From assembly GCA_038816475.1 (NCBI GenBank), contig JAWBAI010000007.1, positions 1-64,000 on the forward strand: a stretch of 64,000 nt of DNA, read 5' to 3'. The notes beneath the pieces were generated by a model, which saw only the letters and a program-made list of their open reading frames with translations, was not told the DNA's origin and ran no database searches. Positions 9,728 through 20,372 of the stretch are shown one piece after another. The stretch comes from Desulfurococcaceae archaeon. GTDB taxonomy: Archaea > Thermoproteota > Thermoprotei_A > Sulfolobales > Desulfurococcaceae. The first letter of the stretch is position 1. Every line of letters starts with the position of its first letter. Made by a program: the position numbers and the translations under genes.

Positions 9728-11254
9728 ATGAAAGTAGGTGTACTACCGGGTAGCTTGGAGGAAGAAAAGAGCGTAGCTGAGCTCATGAGCTTGGTTAGGG
9801 ATTACGTAGACGAGCTAGATTACACCAAAATCCCTGTGTATACTTGGGCTCACGAGTGTAAGCTTGTAATTAACGGTGTAGAGGATAAATGCATTCATTT
9901 ACCGTACAGTAGTCTCCTCAAACTAGAGTTTAGATCAAGTGATGTTCTACACTTGAAGAACACAAATCAACTGGAGGATGTTCCAAGTGATAAGGTGATC
10001 GTACTTGATTATCCACGAAGCTACTGGGAGCTGAGAGTAGTCGTTTACAAACTAGCAAGGAGAAAACCGAAAGCAATAGTTCTTATAGCACCCGGTGACT
10101 ACCTAAAAATGGATGTTGTACTAGGTTCACCTGGACTATCCATGCACTCATCAGCAACTCTTCCCGTTTGTGTGATCAGTGTTCCAGCGCATGTAGTGTC
10201 AGACCTACTCAGCAATCACCAAAGTAGAATCGAAGTTGAAGCAGCCTCTACTTTAGCTAGAAGTGAGGGTACTGTAGTGGTAGCTCGTGTCAATGGGAGT
10301 GGAGAGCACGATGTACATCTTGTTACACACCACGATACCCTAGTAGGAGAATTCAAGCATACAACCTCAAGCATGCTACCTCGGATCTTAAGAAGGCTCC
10401 GAGATCTGAACCTGAAGTTCAACGTCGTTGCTATATCCTACACGGCTAGAGAAGTAGGCGATGCATCATTCACAGAGTACCATTTTACGTGGGGTGAAAA
10501 GTACCTGTTAAGCGTGCTCGACGCCAAAGGAGCACTAGATAGAGTGGCCTACGCGATTGGACTGGGCCCTATACACGGAGATACGGACCTTATTGCACAC
10601 TCGCACCCCGTGTTCAAGGAGACGCTCGCGGAACATGTAAACTCCATAGACTACAACCACTTGTTCATGGAAAGCCACTTCTACATGGAGCATGGTGTAC
10701 CCGCGTTCACCCTCACAACTCTTCCAAGAACGTGGAGCATTCACAACAGCAGTGCTCAACCGGCACACGCGGAAAGCGCGGTAGTCAGAGTAGCGAATAT
10801 TGTACTCGATGTATTAAGCAAAGTTAAGCCGAATGATGATTGGTTCACGAAAACAAGGAGAAGTATTTATGAACAACTCGGTGAAACTAGACTTGAAGCT
10901 AAAATCGCGATGTCTAGGTTGCTTGACGCTTCAGCACGTTACGGTTCTTGGACTGGTTTACGCGAAGTAACCAAGGGCACCTACGGTGTATTCGGTATAG
11001 CTTGTACAAATCCGCTGAGCGCCGAAGCGAACTCGGGTTTAGGAGTAGTTCTATCGGAGAGAACTCTAAACACGATTGAGAAGAGCAGGGAGCTATGCCA
11101 TGAAGACCTGCTCATTACCACACGAGAGTACACCATGATAATACCCGGTGGTACTAAACTATTTTTAGATGGTTACCTAGAATACTGGTTAAGAAAAACG
11201 GAGTTCAATATTAACCAAATGGTGTTAAAAGCGCTGTGTAGGCTTGGTGAATAA
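9728..11254 (+). CDS. Divergent M28 peptidase-like protein with PA-like domain
   Basis: HLVTHHDT and SYTAREVG resemble M28 aHxD and AEE motifs but are degenerate; overlaps the proS start. Confidence 0.5.
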   Translation: MKVGVLPGSLEEEKSVAELMSLVRDYVDELDYTKIPVYTWAHECKLVINGVEDKCIHLPYSSLLKLEFRSSDVLHLKNTNQLEDVPSDKVIVLDYPRSYWELRVVVYKLARRKPKAIVLIAPGDYLKMDVVLGSPGLSMHSSATLPVCVISVPAHVVSDLLSNHQSRIEVEAASTLARSEGTVVVARVNGSGEHDVHLVTHHDTLVGEFKHTTSSMLPRILRRLRDLNLKFNVVAISYTAREVGDASFTEYHFTWGEKYLLSVLDAKGALDRVAYAIGLGPIHGDTDLIAHSHPVFKETLAEHVNSIDYNHLFMESHFYMEHGVPAFTLTTLPRTWSIHNSSAQPAHAESAVVRVANIVLDVLSKVKPNDDWFTKTRRSIYEQLGETRLEAKIAMSRLLDASARYGSWTGLREVTKGTYGVFGIACTNPLSAEANSGLGVVLSERTLNTIEKSRELCHEDLLITTREYTMIIPGGTKLFLDGYLEYWLRKTEFNINQMVLKALCRLGE

Positions 11255-12695
11255 TGTGGCTTGGAAAAGCATAGGAATAGACAAGTACAAGAACTTCGAC
11301 GAATGGTACCACTCAGTACTAAGAGAAGCTGACATAGTTGACATTAGGTACCCAGTTAAGGGGATGATAGTATGGAAACCATACGGACTTAAAGCCCTAA
11401 GACTAGTACAGAGAATCCTGATAAGCCTACTGGAAGAAACAGGACATCAAGAAGCTTACTACCCTACTCTCATACCTGAATCCATATTTTCAAAGGAAAA
11501 GGACTTTCTTCAGGGGTTCGGAGGAGAAACACTGGTCATCGAGGGCACAGCGTCCAAGAGGTTCTCTGAAAGATATTTCCTTAGACCAACAAGTGAAACC
11601 GTTATGTACTACATGTGGAGTTTGTGGATCAAGGGACGAAAAGATCTTCCTTTGAAGATATACCAGGTTGTCAACGTCTTTAGATACGAAACCAAGATGA
11701 CTCATCCTATACTGAGAGTCAGAGAAATAATGAGCTTTATAGAAGCACACACAGCACATGCTTCAATGGAGGAAGCTGAGAAGCAGATAGTGGAGGCTAT
11801 AGGAGTGTACAAGAAGTTCTTCGATAGGCTTTACTTACCGTACTTCATCGTGAAGACACCTCCGTGGGATACCTTTGCGGGTGCTGAGTACAACTACGAC
11901 TTTATCACTGTTATGCCCGATGGTAAAGGACTCGAGCTCGGAAGTGTAATTAACCTCGGGCAAAGGTTTGCGAGAGCTTTCGACATAAAGTTCATGGATA
12001 GTGATGGGAGTGTTAAATACGTGTACCAGACGTGCTACGGTGTAAGCGAGAGAGTTCTTGGAGCAGTAATAGCTATTCACGGTGACGAGAAAGGATTGGT
12101 TTTCCCACCCGAGGTTGCCCCCATACAGATCGTAATTGTTCCCATAGCCAAACCCGAGGATAGGGACGTACTCGAGTATGCCAAGAGCATTAAAACCTAC
12201 CTTGAGAGAAACAATATGAGAGTGCTACTGGACGATGACCCGGAGCATACACCAGGGTGGAAGTACTACTATTGGGAAATGAAAGGGGTTCCTCTAAGAC
12301 TCGAGATCGGTAGAAAAGAGCTAGACACGAGAACCGTTACTATCGCTAAACGTGATGGTTCCCCCAAGGTGACTGTTAAGCTCGAAGACCTTGTAAACAT
12401 CATTCAGCAGGTTTCATTAGAACTAGGTGAAAGCATTAGAAGCAGAGCTCTAGAACACTTGAAGAAGCTAACGAGATTATACCTTGACTGCAGTTTTCAT
12501 GAAAACTACAGAGGATTAGTGATCGCGCCATGGGATGGTTCCAGAGGTGATGCTGAACGCTTGGAGGAAACGTACAAAATGAGTGTGCTCGGCGAGATCG
12601 TTGAGTCGCCTATAGATCTGCCCAATCCCAAGAACTTTACAACCTGCAGTGGAAGCAGAGCAGATAGATTCGCTCTCCTGGGAACCACCTACTAG
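11244..12695 (+). CDS. proS: Proline--tRNA ligase (archaeal/eukaryotic type)
   Basis: RYPVKG, RPTSET, VFRYETK, QTCYGVSER, GVPLRLEIG, C-terminal Y. Confidence 0.95.
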   Translation: MVNNVAWKSIGIDKYKNFDEWYHSVLREADIVDIRYPVKGMIVWKPYGLKALRLVQRILISLLEETGHQEAYYPTLIPESIFSKEKDFLQGFGGETLVIEGTASKRFSERYFLRPTSETVMYYMWSLWIKGRKDLPLKIYQVVNVFRYETKMTHPILRVREIMSFIEAHTAHASMEEAEKQIVEAIGVYKKFFDRLYLPYFIVKTPPWDTFAGAEYNYDFITVMPDGKGLELGSVINLGQRFARAFDIKFMDSDGSVKYVYQTCYGVSERVLGAVIAIHGDEKGLVFPPEVAPIQIVIVPIAKPEDRDVLEYAKSIKTYLERNNMRVLLDDDPEHTPGWKYYYWEMKGVPLRLEIGRKELDTRTVTIAKRDGSPKVTVKLEDLVNIIQQVSLELGESIRSRALEHLKKLTRLYLDCSFHENYRGLVIAPWDGSRGDAERLEETYKMSVLGEIVESPIDLPNPKNFTTCSGSRADRFALLGTTY

Positions 12696-12801
12696 ACAAA
12701 TCCTAGTGGAGGTGCGAGTTCGCAAAGGTTATATTCTAAAGTTCTAAAGTTATATAAGGGAATACGAAGCTTACTGTAAAACGTTCTAGTAGTTGATGCA
12801 T

Positions 12802-13056
12802 ATGAGTGAGTACATAAAGCAGTTCAAAATACAACTGGTAAGTAGGGTGAAGGAGGTAAAGTTCGAAGATGTATCAGCTGTAGAGATCATAGTACGCAAA
12901 ACAGGATTTCCCGATGTCAGAGTTAGAGATGAAAGAGACTACGTTGTAGTAAGAATACAGAACAACGAGTACAAGTACGATAAATGGTACACTAAGCCAG
13001 AGCATCTGGCTGAGATAATAAAAGTGTACTACACAAAGGAAGCTACACCACCCTAG
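12802..13056 (+). CDS. Small conserved hypothetical protein
   Basis: ~84-aa ORF with upstream TATA-like TTATATAA; start uncertain (12793-12802). Confidence 0.6.
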   Translation: MSEYIKQFKIQLVSRVKEVKFEDVSAVEIIVRKTGFPDVRVRDERDYVVVRIQNNEYKYDKWYTKPEHLAEIIKVYYTKEATPP

Positions 13057-13748
13057 TGTTTTTTAACAAGCTCATGATCTTCGATTACAAAGTAACCTTC
13101 GAAATCTGAAACCCATACTGCTTTTCCATAAACTCTGATCTCGTACTTGAACAACGGTGCATTCAGTACAAGTGTTTCTGCATCACCTCCTTCGAACGAT
13201 AAGTTAAAACCGTACTTCCTGCTGAGAACTGTGAGTTTTTCCAAGTCTTCCAACGTGAACTTTTTGCCTAGGATATCATGGGGGATACCCATTGATGTGA
13301 TCGAAACAACTGCGAACTCTATTCCATACTCCAGCAGAGACCTCATGTAACTGTAGTCATCTTCTCCCCAGTGTGGTGAGTACAGCGTAACCCCGTACTT
13401 CGAGGCTACTTTATTAAAGGCTTTTCTTTGGTAATCGCTGCGAATAGCGCCAGTTACTAGAACATCTATGCCGTAGTCATGGACAGCTTTTTTCACTAGC
13501 CACTCCAACGCATCGAGTTCTTTCAGCTTGTCGTATAAACCTATAGACTCTAATGGTATTCCCAGCGATTGCGCTTGGGATACTAGAACGGAGAAGTAGG
13601 GCGGGTGATACAACATAGAGTACTTATAGTGTGGTACCACCGTTAGTAGTACACTAACCCTTAAACCGGATTCTACAGCCTTGTGGAGAGCGTAGGTTGA
13701 ATCTTTACCCCCAGTGAATAGTACAGCGGCGTTTTTCAAGTTCCCCAA
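13053..13748 (-). CDS. Diphthine--ammonia ligase (Dph6) family PP-loop ATPase
   Basis: FTGGKDS PP-loop, GAIRSDYQ, EGGDAET. Confidence 0.88.
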   Translation of the reverse strand: MGNLKNAAVLFTGGKDSTYALHKAVESGLRVSVLLTVVPHYKYSMLYHPPYFSVLVSQAQSLGIPLESIGLYDKLKELDALEWLVKKAVHDYGIDVLVTGAIRSDYQRKAFNKVASKYGVTLYSPHWGEDDYSYMRSLLEYGIEFAVVSITSMGIPHDILGKKFTLEDLEKLTVLSRKYGFNLSFEGGDAETLVLNAPLFKYEIRVYGKAVWVSDFEGYFVIEDHELVKKH

Positions 13749-14028
13749 CCGCTACACAGTAAATGCTTATTCGTGTGCTTTATGCTTTTATATTCATTCC
13801 TCTAGTCATCTACTTCTCAACGGTCCTTTTAGACCTTCTTGCCCGGAAGCTTTTCAGCATTGTCCATGATTCAGCATTCATGAATTTCGAAACCCAGAGG
13901 AACCGTTAACCTCGGTAAGTTCTTGGCTTTAAAACCACAGCACACACGAATAACCCAAGTGAGCACCAAGAAAGAAAATGGCCCCTTTATATAGTTAATT
14001 ATAACGTAGATACGCATAGGGGGTTTTC

Positions 14029-14730
14029 GTGAAAGTAACAGTGATATCAGATGACAAAGTTCTTTCTCAAAACCTCATTGCTAAACACTCTTACTCTATT
14101 CTCTTAGAGGTAGGCTTTAACAAGTATTTGTTTGGGGCAGCTGCTGACCACAACACTCTAGAGCACAACACGAAAGAGCTAGACATAGACCTTGCAACCA
14201 TAGATTACCTTATCGTTTCCCATGAACACACACCTCATTACGGAGGATACCGCTTCGTAGCTCAGGAAGCTCCCTTCGTTGATGCTTTAATACCCTATGG
14301 GTCTAGCGAGTCTTTGGGGTTAATGTTTCGTCAACACGCATTAAAACCCATGGAGGTTACCACGTGGACAAGGCTCAGCGAAGGTGTGTACGTATCAGCA
14401 CCATTCTATGGACCACCCTACGAGCATTTCCTGGTTCTCAACCATAGTAAAGGACTTGTTGTTATCTCCGGGTGTATGCACAGTGGTGTCAGAGTACTCG
14501 AGAACATAGCTAGATTTTTCAATAGAAGAATCTACGCTTTAATAGGAGGATTTCACTTATACAACGCTCCATTGGATATTGTAGACAGAGCTGTTGCCTT
14601 CATTGCTGATACGGTGAAACCTGATCTGGTTATTCCATTGCATTGTAGTGGAAACGCTTTCATCTACAAGCTGAAGGATCGCGGCATAAACGTTGTAGAA
14701 GCAGGTGCAGGATTCAGCATAAGAATATAA
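14029..14730 (+). CDS. MBL-fold hydrolase (COG1237-like), divergent metal motif
   Basis: SHEHTPHYGG, SGCMHSG, IGGFHL, PLHCSG. Confidence 0.8.
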   Translation: MKVTVISDDKVLSQNLIAKHSYSILLEVGFNKYLFGAAADHNTLEHNTKELDIDLATIDYLIVSHEHTPHYGGYRFVAQEAPFVDALIPYGSSESLGLMFRQHALKPMEVTTWTRLSEGVYVSAPFYGPPYEHFLVLNHSKGLVVISGCMHSGVRVLENIARFFNRRIYALIGGFHLYNAPLDIVDRAVAFIADTVKPDLVIPLHCSGNAFIYKLKDRGINVVEAGAGFSIRI

Positions 14731-14749
14731 AAATATAGAACAATGAAAC

Positions 14750-16153
14750 CTAGCTCGAGGAATTCTGCCTGTACTTTGGATGATATTTCCTCGCGATCTC
14801 CGGTCTAATGAGCTTCAGCTCTTCTTCAGGTAGAACGGATAGAACGCTCCAAGCTTTATCAAGGGTTTCATCGATAGTTCTTCTCTCGTACTCGCCCTGG
14901 TTGATGAACTCCCGTTCGAACCTGTCTGCAAACTCCAGGAACTTTCTATCTCTTGGTGAAAGAGCTTCTGTTCCAACAATTACGCTTAGCTCTCTAAGCC
15001 TAATACCCTCAGCGTAAGCGCTGATCAGTTGCATAAAGACATCCTTGTGATCCTCCCTGGTTTTACCGGGTCCTATACCATCTTTCATTAGCCTTGAAAG
15101 GCTCATTAGGGGATCAAAGGGTGGGTAAATACCCTTTAACCACAGAGACCTGGATAGTACCAGTTGACCCTCTGTTATGTAGCCTGTTAAGTCTGGTATT
15201 GGATGAGTTATGTCGTCATCAGGCATTGTGAGTATTGGCATCTGCGTAATACTCCCCTTCTTCCCAGCGACCTTGCCTGCTCTCTCGTATATTGTTGCAA
15301 GATCTGTGTACATGTAACCTGGGTACCCTCTCCTACCAGGAACCTCCTCTCTTGCTGCACTTAGTTCTCTTAGTGCTTCACAGTAGAACGTCATATCGGT
15401 CATTACCACTAGGACGTGCATATCGTGGTTCCACGCAAGATGCTCAGCTATGGTTAAAGCTGTTCTAGGAGTGGCTATTCTCTCTATGACAGGAGCTGAG
15501 GCTGTGTTTATAATGGCTACCACATGTTCTAGCGCGCCGGCTTTCCGGAAGTTCTCCACGAAAAACATGGCATCATCGTATGGTACACCTATAGCAGCGA
15601 AGACCACAGCGAACTTTTCCTCCTTTCCTAGAACTCTTGCTTGTCTAACTATCTGAGCAGCTATTCTGTTGTGTGGTAAACCAGAGCCACTGAAGATTGG
15701 AAGCTTTTGTCCTCTAACGATACTGAAGAGACCATCAATAGCTGATATCCCGGTTTCTATGAACTCCGATGGGGGTAATCTTGAGGCAGGGTTTAGCGGC
15801 GCGCCATTGATGTCAAGGTACTCCTCTGGGATGATCTTTGGTCCACCATCAATGGGTCTACCTAGGCCATCCAGCGTTCTACCAAGGACGTCCATGCTAA
15901 CAGGGATCTTTAGTGTTTCCCCACGATACTTAACTTTTGTTCTCTTCAAATCCACGTCTGCTACACCGCCAAATACTTGAACAACCGTTACTTCCTCGCC
16001 TGCATCAATAACTTGTCCAAGTCTCGTTTCACCGTTAGATAACTCAACCTCAACAATCTCCCCGAATCTTACACCTGGTATTGTTTCAACGAATAGAAGA
16101 CTACCCTGCGCTCTTAACAAACTGCTGGTCTCTCTAACGAGTAAGCTAGGCAT
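14750..16153 (-). CDS. atpB: A-type ATP synthase subunit B
   Basis: [45 protein letters not shown]. Confidence 0.98.
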   Translation of the reverse strand: MPSLLVRETSSLLRAQGSLLFVETIPGVRFGEIVEVELSNGETRLGQVIDAGEEVTVVQVFGGVADVDLKRTKVKYRGETLKIPVSMDVLGRTLDGLGRPIDGGPKIIPEEYLDINGAPLNPASRLPPSEFIETGISAIDGLFSIVRGQKLPIFSGSGLPHNRIAAQIVRQARVLGKEEKFAVVFAAIGVPYDDAMFFVENFRKAGALEHVVAIINTASAPVIERIATPRTALTIAEHLAWNHDMHVLVVMTDMTFYCEALRELSAAREEVPGRRGYPGYMYTDLATIYERAGKVAGKKGSITQMPILTMPDDDITHPIPDLTGYITEGQLVLSRSLWLKGIYPPFDPLMSLSRLMKDGIGPGKTREDHKDVFMQLISAYAEGIRLRELSVIVGTEALSPRDRKFLEFADRFEREFINQGEYERRTIDETLDKAWSVLSVLPEEELKLIRPEIARKYHPKYRQNSSS

Positions 16154-17918
16154 AAGTTTTCACCTCTTCTATCATCTTGTCGAATTCCTCTTCAACACGC
16201 TTGAATAGGTCTGCGAAGAATTTCTCCATTTCTTCGGGAGGTGTGTAGTAGGGTAGAAGCTTCATCTTAGCTATCTCTCCTCTTACTCGAGCTTCTCTGA
16301 TCTTCTCAATTGGTACACCGGATTCAAGAGCTTGTTTAGCTTTCTCATAGAATTTGGCTATCACCTTGGCCATTCTCGCTGTTTTCAACGGTGAACTGTG
16401 AGCGTCTTCGAGACTAAGAGCATCCTGCCTGAGAAAGTCCTCTCTTATCATCCTGGCAACTTCGAGGACCAATCTGTCCTCGGCTGGTAACGCGTCTGCA
16501 CCCACAAGCCTAACCAGCTCTTCGAGCTCTGCTTCGCGCTGTAGTATGTACATGAACAGACTTCTGGTTCTTCGGTACTCTGGATCTATCTTAGCCCACC
16601 AGTCTGCTACGTTCTCAAAGTAGAGGCTGTAGCTCACCAGCCAGTTTATAGCTGGATAGTGTCTTCTATAGGCGAGTGCGACGTCCAACGCGTAGAACGC
16701 TCTAACAATCCTTAGAGTAGCTTGCGTGACCGGCTCACTGAAGTCTGCACCGGGCGGTGAAACAGCACCTATTATAGTTAGGCTACCATTTCTCTCGGGT
16801 TGACCTAGGACTTTAATGAAGCCGCCCCTCTCATAGAAGGATGCTAGCCTTGAACCCAGATAAGCTGGGAATCCTTCTTCACCGGGTAGTTCTTCTAGTC
16901 TACCGCTTATCTCCCTCATGGCTTCAGCCCATCTGCTGGTGGAGTCAGCTACTAGGAGAACATGGTATCCCATGTCCCTGAAGTACTCACCGATTGTTAC
17001 TCCGAGGAAAACACTTGCTTCACGAGCCGCGACCGGCATATTGCTCGTGTTCGCTATGAAAACACTTCGTTCCATCATCGGTTTCCCGGTTTTAGGATCT
17101 ATGAGTTTTCTAAAGCTGTGCAATGCGTCAGCCATTTCGTTACCGCGCTCACCGCAACCCACGTATATTGCTATGTCGGCATGGCTCCATTTAGTAAACG
17201 TCTGCAAAGCTACTGTTTTACCTGTTCCAAAGCCACCCGGGATTGCAGCTTTACCTCCTATTCCAAGTGGAAACAGGTAGTCTACCACTCTGGTTCCAGT
17301 GATCAATGGCATAGTAGGATCGTACTTCTCCACGTAGGGTCTTGGTTTTCTAACCGGCCACTTCTGGTACATGTATACATCTGTTCCATTGACTCTCGCA
17401 ATGGGTTCTTCTAGCGTGTATTCACCTTCGTTTGCGATCCACTCCAAATTGCCGTGAAATCCGTGGGGTATCATTATGTAGTGTTTCACCGTCTCAGTTT
17501 CCTGGACGTAGCCTACGATGTCACCACCGGATACCTTAGTACCTGGTTTTACGAGTGGTGTAAAATACCATTTCTTGTCTCTAGGTAGTGGAGGAAGCTT
17601 TACACCTTTCCTAACGAAGAACCCGACTAGTTCCTCAAGCTTCTTCAAGGGTCGCTGAATACCATCAAATACCGAACCTATGAGACCAGGTCCAAGCTCC
17701 GCTGAAAGCGGTTCTCCAGTAGAATACACTGGTTCACCTACTTTAAGTCCACTAGTATCCTCGTAGACCTGTATTATTGCTTTATCTCCCTGTACTCCAA
17801 TGACTTCACCAATAAGTCTTTCTTCACCAACTTCTACAACTTCGTAGACACCAACCCCTTTCATACCCTCTGCTATAACGAGAGGTCCTGAAACTCTGTA
17901 CGTTTTACCTTTAAGCAT
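16146..17918 (-). CDS. atpA: A-type ATP synthase subunit A
   Basis: Walker [31 protein letters not shown]; likely start ATG 17918 (MLKGK); no intein. Confidence 0.98.
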   Translation of the reverse strand: MLKGKTYRVSGPLVIAEGMKGVGVYEVVEVGEERLIGEVIGVQGDKAIIQVYEDTSGLKVGEPVYSTGEPLSAELGPGLIGSVFDGIQRPLKKLEELVGFFVRKGVKLPPLPRDKKWYFTPLVKPGTKVSGGDIVGYVQETETVKHYIMIPHGFHGNLEWIANEGEYTLEEPIARVNGTDVYMYQKWPVRKPRPYVEKYDPTMPLITGTRVVDYLFPLGIGGKAAIPGGFGTGKTVALQTFTKWSHADIAIYVGCGERGNEMADALHSFRKLIDPKTGKPMMERSVFIANTSNMPVAAREASVFLGVTIGEYFRDMGYHVLLVADSTSRWAEAMREISGRLEELPGEEGFPAYLGSRLASFYERGGFIKVLGQPERNGSLTIIGAVSPPGADFSEPVTQATLRIVRAFYALDVALAYRRHYPAINWLVSYSLYFENVADWWAKIDPEYRRTRSLFMYILQREAELEELVRLVGADALPAEDRLVLEVARMIREDFLRQDALSLEDAHSSPLKTARMAKVIAKFYEKAKQALESGVPIEKIREARVRGEIAKMKLLPYYTPPEEMEKFFADLFKRVEEEFDKMIEEVKTYA

Positions 17919-17955
17919 GCTACCAGCCGATATTCTCAATAGGTACAGATGGATA

Positions 17956-18282
17956 TTAAAGCTCGATCTCAACTCCAAGGTCTTTCTTGGCTAATTCCTT
18001 GTAGTACTTTCTCGGATCCGTAAACTCCTTTTTGAGTGGGTATTCTAATTCAACGAATAGCTTTTCTCTGGAGTACGCGTTCAGTATTCTCCTGAAGCTA
18101 TTGCAGCTCTCTGCTACGAGGTCTAAGTACACTATTACATCGTAGTTCTGAATATTGTTTGACAACCAGTTGTTCAGGTCCTCGCAGTTAGCCTTGAACA
18201 GGTAAGCATCAAGTCCTGCTGCACGTGCGATCAGTTCTAGTGCTTCATCACCTATAAAGATCACTCTGCCACGCTTGATCAC
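17956..18282 (-). CDS. atpF: A-type ATP synthase subunit F
   Basis: VIFIGDE...AAGL N-terminus, GVEI C-terminus; operon position. Confidence 0.75.
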   Translation of the reverse strand: MIKRGRVIFIGDEALELIARAAGLDAYLFKANCEDLNNWLSNNIQNYDVIVYLDLVAESCNSFRRILNAYSREKLFVELEYPLKKEFTDPRKYYKELAKKDLGVEIEL

Positions 18283-19223
18283 GGGCTAACCCACCTCTCA
18301 ATGAACAACCTAAGCTCAGGTTTCACAGATGGCTCTTCTACAAACACTAGTACAAGCTTCAGGAGAACACTCTGCCTCAAGTATAGAAGATAGTACTTGA
18401 GCAAAGACTCTGCAGGCTTTACATGCAGTATTTGGGATGCTAAATAGGCTGGAGCCATCACTGCTACTAAGTCCAACCCCTCTATTCTTCCTAGGAACTT
18501 GAGAGAATCTTCGTAAATGCTAGAAGCTACACTAGTAGCAGGATGAGCTTTCTTCAAAATGCCGATGATTTGCTCAGGGCTACTTGTAACCAGTTTGCAC
18601 GCATCTTTCAGCTCCTGCGCAGGTATAAGTAAAGATTTGAATTCAGCATCCGAAAAATAGTGAATGCTGCAGAGCCTGAGCAGAATCAGGTCATAGTATA
18701 AACCAGCCGCTAGGTATTCGTGAACATATTCAGAGTCCTTAATGATTAGGGCGATCTCATCTAGAACTTTCACGAGGTTCTCGGGCTTTAGTCTACCCAA
18801 AGAGCGGTAGTAACCCAGTAGTTTACTTAGAAATGGGTTAGTAGCGTAGAACTGAGCTGACTCAAGATACTCTTTGATACTGCTCACTCCAGGTACTGGA
18901 AAATAGGAGAGAGGTTTTAAACCCATTTGATGAGTCAATAGTGCAGGCACAGATGAATAGGTTCTGGCTAGAGCATCAACTGCTAGAACTGTTCTCTCAG
19001 CTTCAGTTTCTTCGAGAATTCTCGTTAGAAGAATAGCATGGTACCTGTCGACTTCTGCTAGTATTCTACTTAAATCTCGAGACTCCTCAGCTATTTTAAT
19101 CAACCTGGGTGCAAACTCTTTGTCGATTATAGCTCTAAGACTACCTGATCTTGTGTCAGCACTAAGCATGCTGCAGTATTCTTCCTTCAATACGATACTG
19201 CTCTTCCTGAACACGGGTATCAA
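18279..19223 (-). CDS. atpC: A-type ATP synthase subunit C (divergent)
   Basis: All-helical ~314 aa between E and F; assigned mainly by position. Confidence 0.6.
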   Translation of the reverse strand: MIPVFRKSSIVLKEEYCSMLSADTRSGSLRAIIDKEFAPRLIKIAEESRDLSRILAEVDRYHAILLTRILEETEAERTVLAVDALARTYSSVPALLTHQMGLKPLSYFPVPGVSSIKEYLESAQFYATNPFLSKLLGYYRSLGRLKPENLVKVLDEIALIIKDSEYVHEYLAAGLYYDLILLRLCSIHYFSDAEFKSLLIPAQELKDACKLVTSSPEQIIGILKKAHPATSVASSIYEDSLKFLGRIEGLDLVAVMAPAYLASQILHVKPAESLLKYYLLYLRQSVLLKLVLVFVEEPSVKPELRLFIERWVSP

Positions 19224-19226
19224 AAT

Positions 19227-19802
19227 TCAGCCCCAGAGGCTCTTGGCGATTTTATCGAGTAGTCTAAGCTCAGCCTGCTTAAGTCTAACTTCAATGCTGT
19301 TGTTCACTACGGTGCCTTCTGAGGACACTAGTATGACTCCTCCCGGCATTTTATCATCTGTTTCAATTTCAACGTTGCTGTACCCGAGTTCATTCAGAAT
19401 CTCTTTTGCTACCTCAGTGTCGTTTGGGTTAACGACGATCTTTGATAGGGTTTTTATGTACGCTAAACCCTCGATAATCAGGCTCCTGAGGCTTTGTTTA
19501 ACATCGTATTCTCTTTTGTGGAGAATACTGCGTGCTTTTTCAAAAACATCGTTAATGACTTCTTGCTTAGCACTCGCTACTATGATACTAGCCTCTCTCT
19601 TGGCATCAGCTAGTATTATGTTTGCCTGTCTAAGTGCTTCTTCAACTATTCGCTTCCTAGTAGCTTCGGCTTTACTAGTCCACAGTTCTAGCGCGTCTTT
19701 GATTATTTTATCTGCTTGATTACGTGCTTCCTCTATTATAGCGCTTGCCTTTCTCTCGGCTTCCCTTATAATCCTCTCAGAGAAATCGTAGCCTGTTTCC
19801 AA
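19227..19802 (-). CDS. atpE: A-type ATP synthase subunit E
   Basis: N-terminal coiled coil; GGVIL...VNNSIE C-terminal domain. Confidence 0.9.
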   Translation of the reverse strand: METGYDFSERIIREAERKASAIIEEARNQADKIIKDALELWTSKAEATRKRIVEEALRQANIILADAKREASIIVASAKQEVINDVFEKARSILHKREYDVKQSLRSLIIEGLAYIKTLSKIVVNPNDTEVAKEILNELGYSNVEIETDDKMPGGVILVSSEGTVVNNSIEVRLKQAELRLLDKIAKSLWG

Positions 19803-19808
19803 CGCACT

Positions 19809-20270
19809 TCATCCCATTAACGCGTAGCTTAGTATTGTGAAGACTATTCCTAGTATTCCCCAGAGCTCAACATACACAGCTAGAATAACAGTGCTCATGA
19901 AGTTCTTACCCTTGGTTCTAGGCAACTCGGAGATTCCAGAGGCGCAGACAATGCCCTGCGCCCATGCAGAGAGCCATTCGGCAAACAGTCCTGCGAGCCC
20001 TGCACCGAGTATGCCGAGAGCCCTTGCAAGAGTTATCTCTACTCCCGGTATGTATGCCCGCAATGTGTATATCATCTGTATTAGTCCGTAAAATGTCTGA
20101 GTCATTGGTAGTGCTGCCAGTATTAAGACGTTCTTGAACTGAGCTGGATCCTCAGCGAGTACCGAGGCTCCGGCGCTAGCTGCACGCTTCATACCTGTAG
20201 TTGACCCGATCACGCCACCAACTAGCGGAAGCACAGCACCTATATAAGCAATCCCTAATGGGTCTATCAA
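19809..20270 (-). CDS. atpK: A-type ATP synthase proteolipid c/K (duplicated, four TM helices)
   Basis: Two hairpins: ALPMTQTFYG and VYVELWG; AQG. Confidence 0.92.
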   Translation of the reverse strand: MIDPLGIAYIGAVLPLVGGVIGSTTGMKRAASAGASVLAEDPAQFKNVLILAALPMTQTFYGLIQMIYTLRAYIPGVEITLARALGILGAGLAGLFAEWLSAWAQGIVCASGISELPRTKGKNFMSTVILAVYVELWGILGIVFTILSYALMG

Positions 20271-20372
20271 TTCACATCGCCTTCTTTCAGCCTTGACTTT
20301 ACTGATCTTAGTCTACGGTTTATATACGTGTATAGTGCCTGCACTTTGAACCATCTGAACGGATCCCTACTC

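Noticed and set aside
13810-13881. Minus-strand 23-aa basic peptide MNAESWTMLKSFRARRSKRTVEK
   Set aside because: Too short, no SD or homology evidence
16146-17918. Intein in AtpA
   Set aside because: Normal length with continuous motifs after Walker A
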